Below, one piece after another: positions 1 to 9,763 of a stretch of DNA of 64,000 nt; positions within the stretch are counted from its first letter, which is position 1, and each line of letters opens with the position of its first letter. The position numbers and the translations under genes were made by a program. Below the pieces are notes generated by a model. It worked only from the letters and a program-made list of their open reading frames with translations, was not told the origin of the DNA and did not search any database. The stretch comes from a virus. Its lineage: Duplodnaviria; Caudoviricetes. The DNA lies in IMG/VR virus record IMGVR_UViG_3300033074_001354, positions 32,001 through 96,000 of that record. One strand, 5' to 3'.

Positions 1-110
1 TATCCACTGCCAATGTGCATTACACAATGGAATATACACTGACATCACTTCAATATCAACTGATACCTTATGCTCACAATTCTCTATCGAACACTTCTCT
101 TCTTTTGAGC

Positions 111-845
111 TCATATTGAAGATCTCAAATACTCAGTTGCATGCTTCTCAAAATACCACATAAAAGACTCTACCGACTCATCTAGCTCTGGATTGCCCTG
201 AATGATCTTATTTAAAATCTTATCGCCTCTTCTAATTCTATCTGCTAGAATGCACACTTGCTTGGAAATGTAAGTACTAGGATTTCTATCTAAAGTTTCT
301 GCTAGTGTCAATATGACTTTATGAACAAGTGCCTGCTCATAGGCCATCCTATAATCATGTGCCTGCCAGTCATCAAATATCAAAACTTTAGAGCATTCAA
401 AAACTTCCTTAGGATTAATTCGAAGCCTAGGCTGTCCCGAAATAAAAGCTATGGCTCTGTCTTTTTCGGGGGTGGCTGAAGGACGAAACAACAAATGCAT
501 AGAACAATAATTTAGCCCACGAATTTGCATTGGTCCTTTAAATATAATACCTTTCAAGGTCGTTTGTTCCACTATTAGCTTGCCATTCAAATACTTCTTA
601 TACTTCAACAACCAGCTTACAGTTTCCTGTAATGGAACACAAAGAAATATAGTATCACTCTTCTTGATGCGTGATATCTTTTGCATTTCGGTTTCTTTAG
701 TGTCAAAGCATGATATAGAGGCTGCCTTGTCCATATTCTTGAGCAAACAGCTAAGAATATATCTACCTATTTCTCCCTTGTACCCTACAACTAAAGGTCT
801 TTTCAATGGACATAGCATTTCCGGAATAGTTAAATCTGTACTCAT
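111..845 (-). CDS. Prephenate/arogenate dehydrogenase-like protein (TyrA family)
   Basis: Rossmann-like VVGYKGEIG, D-x-IFLCVP, SMHLLFRP (HPMFGP-like), HDYRMAYEQALVH and IIQGNP match the TyrA motif order. Confidence 0.65.
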   Translation of the reverse strand: MSTDLTIPEMLCPLKRPLVVGYKGEIGRYILSCLLKNMDKAASISCFDTKETEMQKISRIKKSDTIFLCVPLQETVSWLLKYKKYLNGKLIVEQTTLKGIIFKGPMQIRGLNYCSMHLLFRPSATPEKDRAIAFISGQPRLRINPKEVFECSKVLIFDDWQAHDYRMAYEQALVHKVILTLAETLDRNPSTYISKQVCILADRIRRGDKILNKIIQGNPELDESVESFMWYFEKHATEYLRSSI

Positions 846-1390
846 GCCGAAATACCGCTATTCAGATATTTTCCATTAAAATCATCCATGATCTCATGTG
901 CATCTATCGAATTCATTGGACTGAACTCTTCATGGCCGTTACCGTCAAATGCCACTAGTATATGAAACATCTGCCTGTGACATGTCTCCAACTCTTTCAT
1001 GTATCTCTTACGCCTTGCGTGTGCGTTATACCACTTCGGCTCACGGAAATAATCTTCTACTTTCTCACGCTCCCAATATTCATACAGATCATCTAACTTC
1101 TTTGATGCCTTCTTGTATCTACTGTACAAAGAGTTCATAAGGATACTATCCTTCTCTGCTAACTTCTCTAACATTGCATTCTGTATATTACGACCGCCTT
1201 GCTGTACGCCCTTGACACTAGCTTCTAAATCCCTAATGTGTATCTTATGACGCAAAAGGGCACATCTAATATTATATGAAAATGCTTGCTCTAAATCTGA
1301 TGTGTTCTGAGAATCATAATTGGGCAATATTTGTGATATCATTTCTTCTGTTTCTTTTTCACTTAATGCGTCAAGTTCTTCATTGGTCAT
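842..1390 (-). CDS. Hypothetical protein
   Basis: 182-aa ORF with 4-nt overlaps to both neighbours. Confidence 0.6.
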   Translation of the reverse strand: MTNEELDALSEKETEEMISQILPNYDSQNTSDLEQAFSYNIRCALLRHKIHIRDLEASVKGVQQGGRNIQNAMLEKLAEKDSILMNSLYSRYKKASKKLDDLYEYWEREKVEDYFREPKWYNAHARRKRYMKELETCHRQMFHILVAFDGNGHEEFSPMNSIDAHEIMDDFNGKYLNSGISA

Positions 1391-1659
1391 GGCATTTCAA
1401 CCCTTTCTGTAAATTGCACAATGCATTTAAAATTTATAAACTTGAAATCATTTGTATCATGCGCACACTCTGGATGCGTACACATATGTGCTTGCCATAC
1501 AGCATCACATTCATACAACCCAGAAAGCAATTTGAGCTCGTCCCTTTGATCTATGCTTTCATTTATGGCTTCTAATAAATAAATTTCATCTTCAACTGGA
1601 TTAGGATTTTCAGCTATAACAAATCTTCCATTAAAACCTACTAACAATTTAATTTTCAT
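1387..1659 (-). CDS. Hypothetical protein
   Basis: Translationally coupled (ATGA overlaps). Confidence 0.55.
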   Translation of the reverse strand: MKIKLLVGFNGRFVIAENPNPVEDEIYLLEAINESIDQRDELKLLSGLYECDAVWQAHMCTHPECAHDTNDFKFINFKCIVQFTERVEMP

Positions 1660-1991
1660 TTTTCAAACTCCAACAGTTTAATATCATACATAATCCATCC
1701 TAAATCACCAGTTGTAATACATTTGTTATTAACAGTAGTCCATGTTAACTTGCTCTTATAATGTGCCTCACAATGCAATTTTGCAGATTTTAATGATTTA
1801 AAATTTTTTATCCAAATTATTGTAGTATACTCAGTGCCCATAGAACCACCAAGATGTGTTAAATCTGTTGCGATTGCAGTATAACTATTCATATCTGCAC
1901 CTAATAGTATTTTCTGACTTCGTTGCATCCACCGGCACAAACTTCCTCTCGGCGTAGAGTTCGACGCGGTATTGTTTATCGTAATGATCAT
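1656..1991 (-). CDS. Hypothetical protein (start may be the internal MNSY)
   Basis: ORF coupled to the downstream gene. Confidence 0.45.
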   Translation of the reverse strand: MIITINNTASNSTPRGSLCRWMQRSQKILLGADMNSYTAIATDLTHLGGSMGTEYTTIIWIKNFKSLKSAKLHCEAHYKSKLTWTTVNNKCITTGDLGWIMYDIKLLEFEK

Positions 1992-2108
1992 GTATACCAG
2001 GTTGGGCGGGTATTAGATTGTGTGCCATTATTAAAAAGTAATAACCACTCCTAAAAAAACGCCAGCTAAAAACTCGTAGATTGACATATATCCTCCTAAT
2101 TGTTAGTT

Positions 2109-2184
2109 GTTCCGGGCTCGGATTCAATCGCGCTCTTGCGCTACGCCCTCCGCGTCCGATAGTTTTAGTCAGGACACCCGGAAC
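2109..2184 (-). ncRNA. 76-nt structured RNA, array element 1
   Basis: 8-bp closing stem GTTCCGGG/CCCGGAAC; internal hairpins GTCC..GGAC and GCGC-AAGA-GCGC. Confidence 0.5.
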
Positions 2185-2192
2185 TGAATTAA

Positions 2193-2335
2193 TGTGCGAA
2201 GGCCGGGCGCTACTCCGGCTTCCTTCGGCTACGGACATTTCGGGTGTTAGTCCATAATTTTAGCCCCTACAAAAACCCCCGAGGCCTTAAGTATTTGCCC
2301 TGTTGCGTGACTGCTAATCCACGCCACTCCGCACA
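2193..2335 (-). ncRNA. tRNA-like RNA with long central insert, array element 2
   Basis: Closing stem TGTGCGGAG/CTTCGCACA, D-arm-like TGGCGTGGA...ACGC, T-arm-like GCCGG-AGTAGCGC-CCGGC. Confidence 0.55.
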
Positions 2336-2342
2336 AACTTAA

Positions 2343-2520
2343 GCAAGTGTTCCGGCAGGCCATTTCAACCTGCATTGGATACTTCCATAGCGTTTCTACG
2401 TAACCTACTATGGACGCTCGAAGTCTTTAACCTACCAGCTCGGATTATTTCTTATCCATTTGCTTTATCTTCGTCAAGATACTCGCATTAGCGTCTCTCT
2501 TCCGCCACGGAAACACTTGC
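2343..2520 (-). ncRNA. tRNA-like RNA with long central insert, array element 3
   Basis: Closing stem GCAAGTGTT(T)CC/GGAACACTTGC, Leu/Ser-type D arm GTGGCGGAAGAGAGACGC, T-arm-like GCAGG-TTGAAATGG-CCTGC. Confidence 0.6.
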
Positions 2521-2537
2521 AAACTATCTCAAAGAAC

Positions 2538-2610
2538 TGGTGGCGGTGTTCTTACCCGCATCCCACACAGGCCGTTTCTTAAGTCGTGCCTGCTACGCTC
2601 TCCACCGCCA
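2538..2610 (-). ncRNA. 73-nt CCA-ended structured RNA, array element 4
   Basis: 8-bp stem TGGCGGTG/CACCGCCA followed by CCA; contains TTAAGAAACG, shared with element 5. Confidence 0.5.
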
Positions 2611-2639
2611 AAGCAACGTAGTATTAAGAATGCAGTAAC

Positions 2640-2726
2640 TGGCAGCCGGGCATGACCACGGTAAGCGTTACGTCTTCCGGTCTGATGCTTAACGCCTGCA
2701 CCCACGTTTCTTAAACGCTCCCGGCC
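2640..2726 (-). ncRNA. 87-nt CCA-ended structured RNA, array element 5
   Basis: 7-bp stem GGCCGGG/CCCGGCT followed by GCCA; contains TTAAGAAACG. Confidence 0.5.
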
Positions 2727-2734
2727 TTGAATTT

Positions 2735-2992
2735 TTATTCGACAACTTCAATAATGACGTCCCCTCCAACTCGAACCAACTTTCCAGTTGCTTTATCCAT
2801 AAATTGCCATCCGTCTGACTGAGACATGGACTCTACTTTTCCGCTAGAAATCCACTCGCGAACCAATACTCCACCGTTATACATGGTAACTTTATGTTCT
2901 TTTCCAAATGATAAAAAGCTGGCTTTTCTTGCATCTGTGCAACCTGAAACAATAACTGCAAAAATAAGCGCTGCCAAAATCTTGATTCTCAT
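2735..2992 (-). CDS. Small lipoprotein
   Basis: Basic N-terminus, hydrophobic stretch, lipobox VSGC. Confidence 0.75.
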   Translation of the reverse strand: MRIKILAALIFAVIVSGCTDARKASFLSFGKEHKVTMYNGGVLVREWISSGKVESMSQSDGWQFMDKATGKLVRVGGDVIIEVVE

Positions 2993-3164
2993 CCCTCATT
3001 CTCCTTCTGGTTGTGTTGTGGCGTTGTTAAAAATTCTATTTAAAATAGTTCGTGTTCTGCAGTCTCTGCTTTTGATAGGGTTAACGATGTGATCAAAGAC
3101 ATCTGTTAGCATGTATAATAAAATTCCGCAATCTTTACAAATCCAAAAATCAGAACTCACCGCT

Positions 3165-3552
3165 CACCCTCCTTTGGTTGGTGGTTAATCTAAAATAATC
3201 ATATTGGTTTGATTTAAATCTGATAACCTTCTCTCGAAGATCTCTTTCAATGGCTTATGCAACAATGCCTTTATTCTAATATGAAACTTTTCCTGCCATT
3301 CTTTGGTATTCATTTCTTCTACTGTTACTCTTTTTATGTCACTCATCGTTCACCACTTTCAATGACGGTGGTGATGCGCTATCTGGTGTAGGAATTATCT
3401 TTTGACCGCTACAAACATCGCATAAAAGGTCGTTGCCGAGCTTGACCATTGATACACATCACCGGGAACATAGCTTGGCTTACTAACAATTCCTTGGCCA
3501 TCACATTTAGGGCACTTTTGCCAGACCTTCACCTCACACCCTCCTTTGGTTG
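3165..3552. repeat. 16-bp direct repeat CACCCTCCTTTGGTTG (3165-3180, 3537-3552) carrying an RBS
   Basis: Exact match; minus strand reads CAACCAAAGGAGGGTG. Confidence 0.7.
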
Positions 3553-3560
3553 ATGTAACT

Positions 3561-3866
3561 TTAAGGTTCATACATGTACAATTTATAATCATCGGGCATC
3601 AAGAAGAAAAAATAAGGATCATTGTCTCCACTGTACTTGCCATTCAAAAAGGAGACTATCCTTTCTCCATAAAATTCACCAACATTTTCAGCAATGAGCA
3701 CATCAGATACAGTTTCTTTATCGTAATTACTTCTTCCTACTATCTTCATGTGGGCCGTCCCCCAACTTTTCGTAACATCTTTTAGAACAATAAACGTGTG
3801 AGACATTGTGAATGAAGTATTCAAACACAGCAAGATGCGTATCTTTTTGTTTGCCACACACATCAC
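3561..3866 (-). CDS. Hypothetical phage protein
   Basis: ORF track; true start probably internal (MKIVGRSNYD). Confidence 0.5.
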   Translation of the reverse strand: MMCVANKKIRILLCLNTSFTMSHTFIVLKDVTKSWGTAHMKIVGRSNYDKETVSDVLIAENVGEFYGERIVSFLNGKYSGDNDPYFFFLMPDDYKLYMYEP

Positions 3867-3880
3867 AAATAGAAACTCTC

Positions 3881-4189
3881 TTAATAGGCATCACGCACCC
3901 TGCCTTTCGTTCTGCGTTCTAATCCCTCAGACATAATCCACTCTCTAACTTCCTTTGCGGCATTCACATATTCTGGCGACGGGCATTTAGTTATTTCTTG
4001 TCCTGGTCGGTAGTGCTCCCAAATCAAACGTCGAAGGCGCAGAGGCAAGCTCATCCAGTGAGTTTTGCAACCCCACATTTTTGGGAGAACTTCTTTTCCA
4101 CACTCAGGCCAATGGCATGTATGCTTCATTTCGTTCTGCGTTCGGGTTGAATCTCTCGCCCATACCAAGCTTCTCTTTGCTTCACGCAA
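3881..4189 (-). CDS. Small Cys/His-rich phage protein (putative zinc finger)
   Basis: HTCHWPEC...WGCKTHW motif; true start probably MKHTC. Confidence 0.6.
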   Translation of the reverse strand: MREAKRSLVWARDSTRTQNEMKHTCHWPECGKEVLPKMWGCKTHWMSLPLRLRRLIWEHYRPGQEITKCPSPEYVNAAKEVREWIMSEGLERRTKGRVRDAY

Positions 4190-4320
4190 AGATTGAAGTT
4201 ATCCAGACACCGCCCTAAATACGAAGCCAGAATAAAATCAGGCGTATCACTTTCGTTTTCCTTAGAATACCTGTTGATTAAATCTTGCAATGCACCATAA
4301 AAAGTTAATTCGTTCTGCGT
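3905..4320. repeat. Junction repeat TTTCGTTCTGCGTTC (3905-3919, 4129-4143; 12-bp core at 4309-4320)
   Basis: Three copies, each at or near a gene boundary. Confidence 0.7.
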
Positions 4321-4323
4321 CAT
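4126..4323 (-). CDS. Conserved small phage hypothetical protein
   Basis: INRYSKENESDTPDFILASYL motif; coupled to neighbours. Confidence 0.65.
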   Translation of the reverse strand: MTQNELTFYGALQDLINRYSKENESDTPDFILASYLGRCLDNFNLCVKQREAWYGREIQPERRTK

Positions 4324-5297
4324 GCTTTACCCCCTTCGACTTCCTTCATGCGGTTGCGGATTGCGTCGATAACCTTTCGGATGGCTTGCCATTCTGAATT
4401 TCTATACGCTGACTCGACGTAAATATGTGGTTTGTGATAATGGTAATGATTAGCATTGATATGCTCTTGAGCCGATTTTTCGCTGAAATAGCAATGCCCG
4501 CTTACAGGAACAGAAACTTCCGTGTAGCAGACTTTGGTGTGCTTATCTTTAAATTGCTCATCATTCTCGTCGTATTCAACTTCATCCCAATCATCATTGA
4601 ACCACTTCTCAATTTCACCATCTAATGATTCTCTTAATTCTATTTGATATACATGAAAGATCGGGTGTGCGGTACAGCGATTGTCTTGGCCAATCATTTT
4701 TTCCGCAATAGGTTTTAAGGCAGACTCCACCTTAGTTATCAGCTCCCTTTCCAGTCTCGTGGCTTCGGTGCGGATGCGAGCGGCCCACGTTGTTAAAAGT
4801 TTTGTGTATGGCTCTGCAATTCGCAACGATTCCCCATCATCGAACATAAGCTTAATTCCTCCGTCAAATGCAAACGGTTTGAAATGTGGAATTTTAGACA
4901 GAATTGACTCAGCTTCCGTTTTATCAGACGGTAGAGGAGCGGGGGTTTGGGCTTTCTCAACGAGATAATTTATTCCCTGTATAATCTCTGATTCTGTAAA
5001 ATCAAAAGCACTTCCTGAATCCGTACCTGCTCCGTCTATCTGGTCGCTAGGCACTCCTGCTTCAATGAAAAGGTTTCTTATTTTATCCTGCCATTCAGAC
5101 GTTATTTCTTCTTTATCATCCTTCTCCCTCCGTCCCTCGGCTAAGGCTTCATCCCGGACGGTGCGGAGAGCTTTGGTAATATTTAATGTTAGAGTTTTAA
5201 GTTCTTCAAGCTCATTAGGTTTATAAGAGCTTTCAATTATTCGTTGCACCATCTTCTCAAGCTCTTCGTCAGAGAGGTTGGTCATAATTTCCTCCAT
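4320..5297 (-). CDS. Modular accessory protein with a C-terminal Ead/Ea22-associated-like domain
   Basis: QDNRCTAHPIF...HINANHYH...IYVESAYRNSEW C-terminal motif. Confidence 0.5.
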   Translation of the reverse strand: MEEIMTNLSDEELEKMVQRIIESSYKPNELEELKTLTLNITKALRTVRDEALAEGRREKDDKEEITSEWQDKIRNLFIEAGVPSDQIDGAGTDSGSAFDFTESEIIQGINYLVEKAQTPAPLPSDKTEAESILSKIPHFKPFAFDGGIKLMFDDGESLRIAEPYTKLLTTWAARIRTEATRLERELITKVESALKPIAEKMIGQDNRCTAHPIFHVYQIELRESLDGEIEKWFNDDWDEVEYDENDEQFKDKHTKVCYTEVSVPVSGHCYFSEKSAQEHINANHYHYHKPHIYVESAYRNSEWQAIRKVIDAIRNRMKEVEGGKA

Positions 5298-5435
5298 CCT
5301 TTAGGAGCCTCAAAAAGAGCATTACAATCAAGGCATCTTGCTACTTCAATTTCTTCACCGTTTTTTGTGTATCGAGTTTCAATTCTAAACTCTTCGTGAT
5401 TACATTTAGTGTACCCTTCATTCTTCAGATCATCG

Positions 5436-5714
5436 TCAGTCATTTGGCCCTCCACGTGCTTTAATTTCGTCCATTAGTTCTTTATGAGTGCTTTCATGTC
5501 CAATAATTTTAAAACCTTCCTTGCAATTCCACGTAACATCTTCGGGCGATTCTTCATGCCATTCATTAGGATTGTCCCATAACCTTATTTTTCCATCTCT
5601 ATAAACCCATAAGTCATGCATGAATTGGTTAAGCACAATATCTCCATTTTTAAGTTTAGGGACTAAATTATCTTCGTCGCTTAGGTTCATGGTTTCCTCT
5701 TTCCGCATTTGCAC
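5436..5714 (-). CDS. Hypothetical protein
   Basis: ORF in a dense small-gene cluster. Confidence 0.5.
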   Translation of the reverse strand: MQMRKEETMNLSDEDNLVPKLKNGDIVLNQFMHDLWVYRDGKIRLWDNPNEWHEESPEDVTWNCKEGFKIIGHESTHKELMDEIKARGGPND

Positions 5715-5981
5715 AACATTTTGAGAACACCTTTAGGACCATCGTGAGGATAAACGGGCGACGGGATGGACCTCTTACAAATTCCGCAATAGTTATACCT
5801 ATGCCGATGCTTTTTTCGCTTCTTGGTCATGGTTTATCTCTCTCGACAATGATGGTCCAGTACGTAGAAAATTCTGAAGTTTCATTTGCGTGAAGTTTGA
5901 AAACGGCCCACCCTTGTTCGGCAAAGGCATTTAGCTCTACTTGCAATTCGCTCTGGCTAACTTCCTTAACAAAGTATTCCT

Positions 5982-6824
5982 TCATCCCTTCCTCCCTTTG
6001 GTTCCATGTTGTTCTAGGGCTTGTTTGGCCCACATAATAAATAATTCTCCATATTCAGGATCGTGATTAGCAATTCTTTTAAGCGTCTCTTCCAACGCAT
6101 CAGCCCGGTCGCGTTCGGATTGGAGGGTTTTAGATATATTTTTCTCATAGGCAATAAAATCATCCTTATACATAATGAATCCTGATAACCTTTGATAATC
6201 AACAGGTTCCTCCTCGTTATCAATCTTCATTTCAACACATGCGTGTTCAATAAGTATCTCCCTCGCTATCTCTTCGAGTGGTTTCATGCGGCCATCCTTT
6301 GCGTTAACCTCTTCCACGGTTATGATTTTGTTTTCAAGAAGGTGAATGAGCATGGCTGCTCTGGCATCGGCTTCTGTTTTGCAAAGTTCACGCATTACAA
6401 TCCATGTACCATTTATTTTTAGATTTTCCCTATCTAAATATTCACACATCCACTCGTCTTTTGGGCGTGGGTGTATTCCAAAACCTCTTCGGTATATTTG
6501 ATCTTTCTCTTCCTCATACCATTCGAGCCATTCACTAAATCGTTTTTCCCACGGCAACATTTCCCCAAGCTCTGCGACGGTGAAGGCGGAAGCGATTACA
6601 TCACCTGAATGATCTAAGTATCTTCCCAAAGTTATCTTAAATCGGTCTTCGTATTTTTGATGTCTCCCAATAAGGACTTCTCTCCAATAAAACACACTCT
6701 CTTGTCGCACCCCAAGCTTTTTTAACTTTTCTGAAAGCTCTCTATTTGACAATTGATTTTTAAGTTTCATATGCTCACTCTCCCTATTGGTTATCTTTGC
6801 ATGCACAACATTGCCCATAACCAT
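5982..6824 (-). CDS. Modular hypothetical protein
   Basis: ELSEKLKKLGV-x-QES...AFTVAELGEMLP...EADARAAML module typical of phage accessory genes. Confidence 0.55.
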   Translation of the reverse strand: MVMGNVVHAKITNRESEHMKLKNQLSNRELSEKLKKLGVRQESVFYWREVLIGRHQKYEDRFKITLGRYLDHSGDVIASAFTVAELGEMLPWEKRFSEWLEWYEEEKDQIYRRGFGIHPRPKDEWMCEYLDRENLKINGTWIVMRELCKTEADARAAMLIHLLENKIITVEEVNAKDGRMKPLEEIAREILIEHACVEMKIDNEEEPVDYQRLSGFIMYKDDFIAYEKNISKTLQSERDRADALEETLKRIANHDPEYGELFIMWAKQALEQHGTKGRKG

Positions 6825-7215
6825 TCATGGGCTCACGTTCATTACAAGACCAGCACAACTCTCCCTTAATCTTCTTTTGTTGCGCTTGGATGATGACTTG
6901 GGCGATTACTTTTCCAGTAGAAACTTCTCCGTCATTAATTTTCCTAATAACAAGGCCCTTCTCATGAATCGTATTTTCGATTAACTCGTGAATGTCCACC
7001 GTCGTAAGCAGATTCTCCCTCGGCACTAATTCGCCGGAGAGGATGGCTTGTTTAAGTAACAGTTGACATCTTTTTCTCTCAAGTTTGTGCGGTGCAACAT
7101 GATGAAAAATGTCTGACTTGTCAAGTGCGTATATTGACAACACCCGCTCCACAATCTGATTGATTTCATCGGGGGTCATAGTTTCTCCGTCCAGTGAGAT
7201 TGACACGCAGGGCAA
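6784..7215 (-). CDS. Hypothetical protein with C-terminal Cys cluster
   Basis: CWSC...CCAC tail. Confidence 0.5.
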   Translation of the reverse strand: MPCVSISLDGETMTPDEINQIVERVLSIYALDKSDIFHHVAPHKLERKRCQLLLKQAILSGELVPRENLLTTVDIHELIENTIHEKGLVIRKINDGEVSTGKVIAQVIIQAQQKKIKGELCWSCNEREPMNGYGQCCACKDNQ

Positions 7216-8431
7216 ACTTTAATCCCGACACCATTTGACTTCTTAGAAATTTTACTGTCATAAACGCATCCACAATCAGAACAAACGACAAGATTACGCT
7301 TATTCTTTTTCTTTATCCCTTTTGGAGTCATTTGCGCTCGTTTCTTTTTGCATTTCCATATGAGCTAACTTTACGCCATCTGCAATTATCCTAATTTTTC
7401 TTTCTCTTTCTTCTTTGTCTAATCTTTCAGAAATTTCTGCCCAACAAATCGAGCATCCAATCGTGCAGTCAACCTTATTTTTAGGATGTTTTTCACAATA
7501 ATAATAACAACTAAATAAATCGATGAATTCTTCCCAAACTTTTTTAAACCACTTCATCCCTTCCTCGCTTTCCAATTTAGCCTTTAGTAAAATAACTAAT
7601 ACAAAGCAAGATAAATAAATATAAAAGTAAAATCTTGACCAATAATGGAGATGTTGTGAACATCCAGTTAATGAAAGATTTCTGGTAGCCACATCCTTCA
7701 GCGCCATTTTGAAATCCACACATGGTCGTATAAAGAGAAACATGTTTTCCGCATTTGGGACACTTCCAGGAATTCATCTTTTCCTCTTAGGTTTCATTTG
7801 ATCTAGTTTTTTATCAATCACTTAGCACCTTGGGCTCTTTTGTTTCTTGCCCATGATGCAAGTTCTTTATTCGGATTAAGATGCTTTGGACAATCATTGT
7901 CATAGTGCAAACCTGCACGATGCCCACACTCCGCACAAATCAGATTTCCTTGTTCCATGGACATATTTATGCGATTAACTCCAAACTTTCTTTTAGTTAC
8001 TTTACTCATACCCGCCCCTTTTAAGTTATTTTATTCTCTGTGCGTCTGGTGCCTGCCCTGATCTTCTATCACGACGAAGATATTGCCCATCAGCAAAACG
8101 GTAGCTAGACTGCATTCCATAGCTCCCAATAGGTCCTGGAATATTTGATCCCCTAATTGATAGGCGAATGGCCCTTCTCAATACTTTCAAGCATTCAAAG
8201 CATATCCTAGTCTTGGTAGAATATTTCCCTCTAACACCACAATGCTTCTCTATGCTTCTCAACTTCTCAAGAACATGGATGTGACACTTTTTTGAATTAA
8301 ATTGCATGAGAGATATTGGACTAACGTACTTAGTGTCTTGCTTAAACCCACCATTGCTATCAGGACACATAAGACCTCTAACTGAATGCAGAGTCTTAGG
8401 GCTAGAACATAATTCGCATAAACGCACACGC

Positions 8432-8683
8432 TTAGACATACTCTCTAACAATCCTTATTCTATCTACTTCTGCCCAAACATTTTCTGCTATACGAGATTC
8501 GTATATTGGAGAATTGCCTTTAAACAAAACATAGTTTCTTTCATTAGAAGATTTTATCGTGCAGATTAGAACATTGTATCTATCACCCAATTGCTGCCTA
8601 GCATAACTTCTTAGGTTCTGGCACATACTAGAATCATAAAATGCACAAACATCATTTTCTATCAACATTCTATCTTCTAGCAT
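8432..8683 (-). CDS. Hypothetical protein
   Basis: GGGAGAGG RBS upstream. Confidence 0.5.
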   Translation of the reverse strand: MLEDRMLIENDVCAFYDSSMCQNLRSYARQQLGDRYNVLICTIKSSNERNYVLFKGNSPIYESRIAENVWAEVDRIRIVREYV

Positions 8684-8697
8684 GTGCCTCTCCCAAT

Positions 8698-8958
8698 TTA
8701 TGCTGCTTTTCCTGGCATTGGATCATACCCGGGAAAAGAATTTGGATTAAATATCTTAGCTCTATCAATAAGATATATCTCACGTTGACGGTACCAACCC
8801 AACTTGTTCATGATACTTTCGAATAGCCCTATTTTACGAAAATTGGGAAGTGTGGGGGCTTTTATCTTTATTAATGACAAATTTGTCATCAACTGCTCAG
8901 CCGTCATCTCTCTAAAAACATCATTCTTTACTTCTGTATTACTAGAAATGATCTTCAT
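8698..8958 (-). CDS. Hypothetical protein
   Basis: Strong RBS GGAGGAGG, downstream of a promoter-like GTTTCTATGAGTTG. Confidence 0.6.
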   Translation of the reverse strand: MKIISSNTEVKNDVFREMTAEQLMTNLSLIKIKAPTLPNFRKIGLFESIMNKLGWYRQREIYLIDRAKIFNPNSFPGYDPMPGKAA

Positions 8959-9205
8959 ACAAACACCTCCTCCATAACTAACTTCAACTCATAGAAACGC
9001 TATCTTGTGTTCACTCATATTAGTCAATCTGCTGCACTCTGTGCGCTCAATGCAATAGCTTATGTGCAAGTCAGATAATTATAAGTGTCTTAAACAAGAA
9101 GGGCATAGGTAAACTTCTAATAGAGGGATATACTTACAGGCAGTATTAAGTCTACAGCAAAAACAAGTACGTCTTATAAAAGACTCAATGTCTTCAATGT
9201 CTTGT

Positions 9206-9742
9206 TTATACACCGATATCACGCACAAAGGATTTCTTCTTATCCTCAATCCAATCCCAACTAACAGGTGCTAGATTAGGCAATTGATCTACACTGACAT
9301 TGATGTACTGAGGATCATCAATTGTGTAGATATGCATATGACCATGAATATTAAACTTGTATCTATATTTTAATTGGTGCGGATGAATTGGTATATGTGT
9401 CAAAACACAATCACCATATGTGAGAGCTCCTACGCATCTATCAACGACAGTCTCATACATCGTAGCAGTATAATAGGTGTCATGATTGCCCATGACAAGA
9501 GTGATTCTACCATTCAATCTCTTAACTGTATCTATAGTTTCTCGTCTAAAGAACAAATCACCCAAATGAAATACTTCATCGCTAGGCTTCACCACAGCAT
9601 TCCAAGCACTTATTAGAGCCTCGTCATGCTCTTCTATGGTTGCAAAAGGCCGACGCCCAACGCTGTACTGCATAATATTTCTATGACCGAAATGCGTATC
9701 ACCTATAAAGAACGTATTACTCATTGATTTAGCATCATCCAA
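9206..9742 (-). CDS. Calcineurin-like metallophosphoesterase
   Basis: GDTHFGH, HLGD, GNHD, THIP and HGHMH motifs. Confidence 0.85.
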   Translation of the reverse strand: MDDAKSMSNTFFIGDTHFGHRNIMQYSVGRRPFATIEEHDEALISAWNAVVKPSDEVFHLGDLFFRRETIDTVKRLNGRITLVMGNHDTYYTATMYETVVDRCVGALTYGDCVLTHIPIHPHQLKYRYKFNIHGHMHIYTIDDPQYINVSVDQLPNLAPVSWDWIEDKKKSFVRDIGV

Positions 9743-9763
9743 TTTGATAGATATACGTTGCGT

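Noticed and set aside
1885-2238. 117-aa minus-strand ORF
   Set aside because: It overlaps structured RNA elements and another gene, and its composition does not look protein-like
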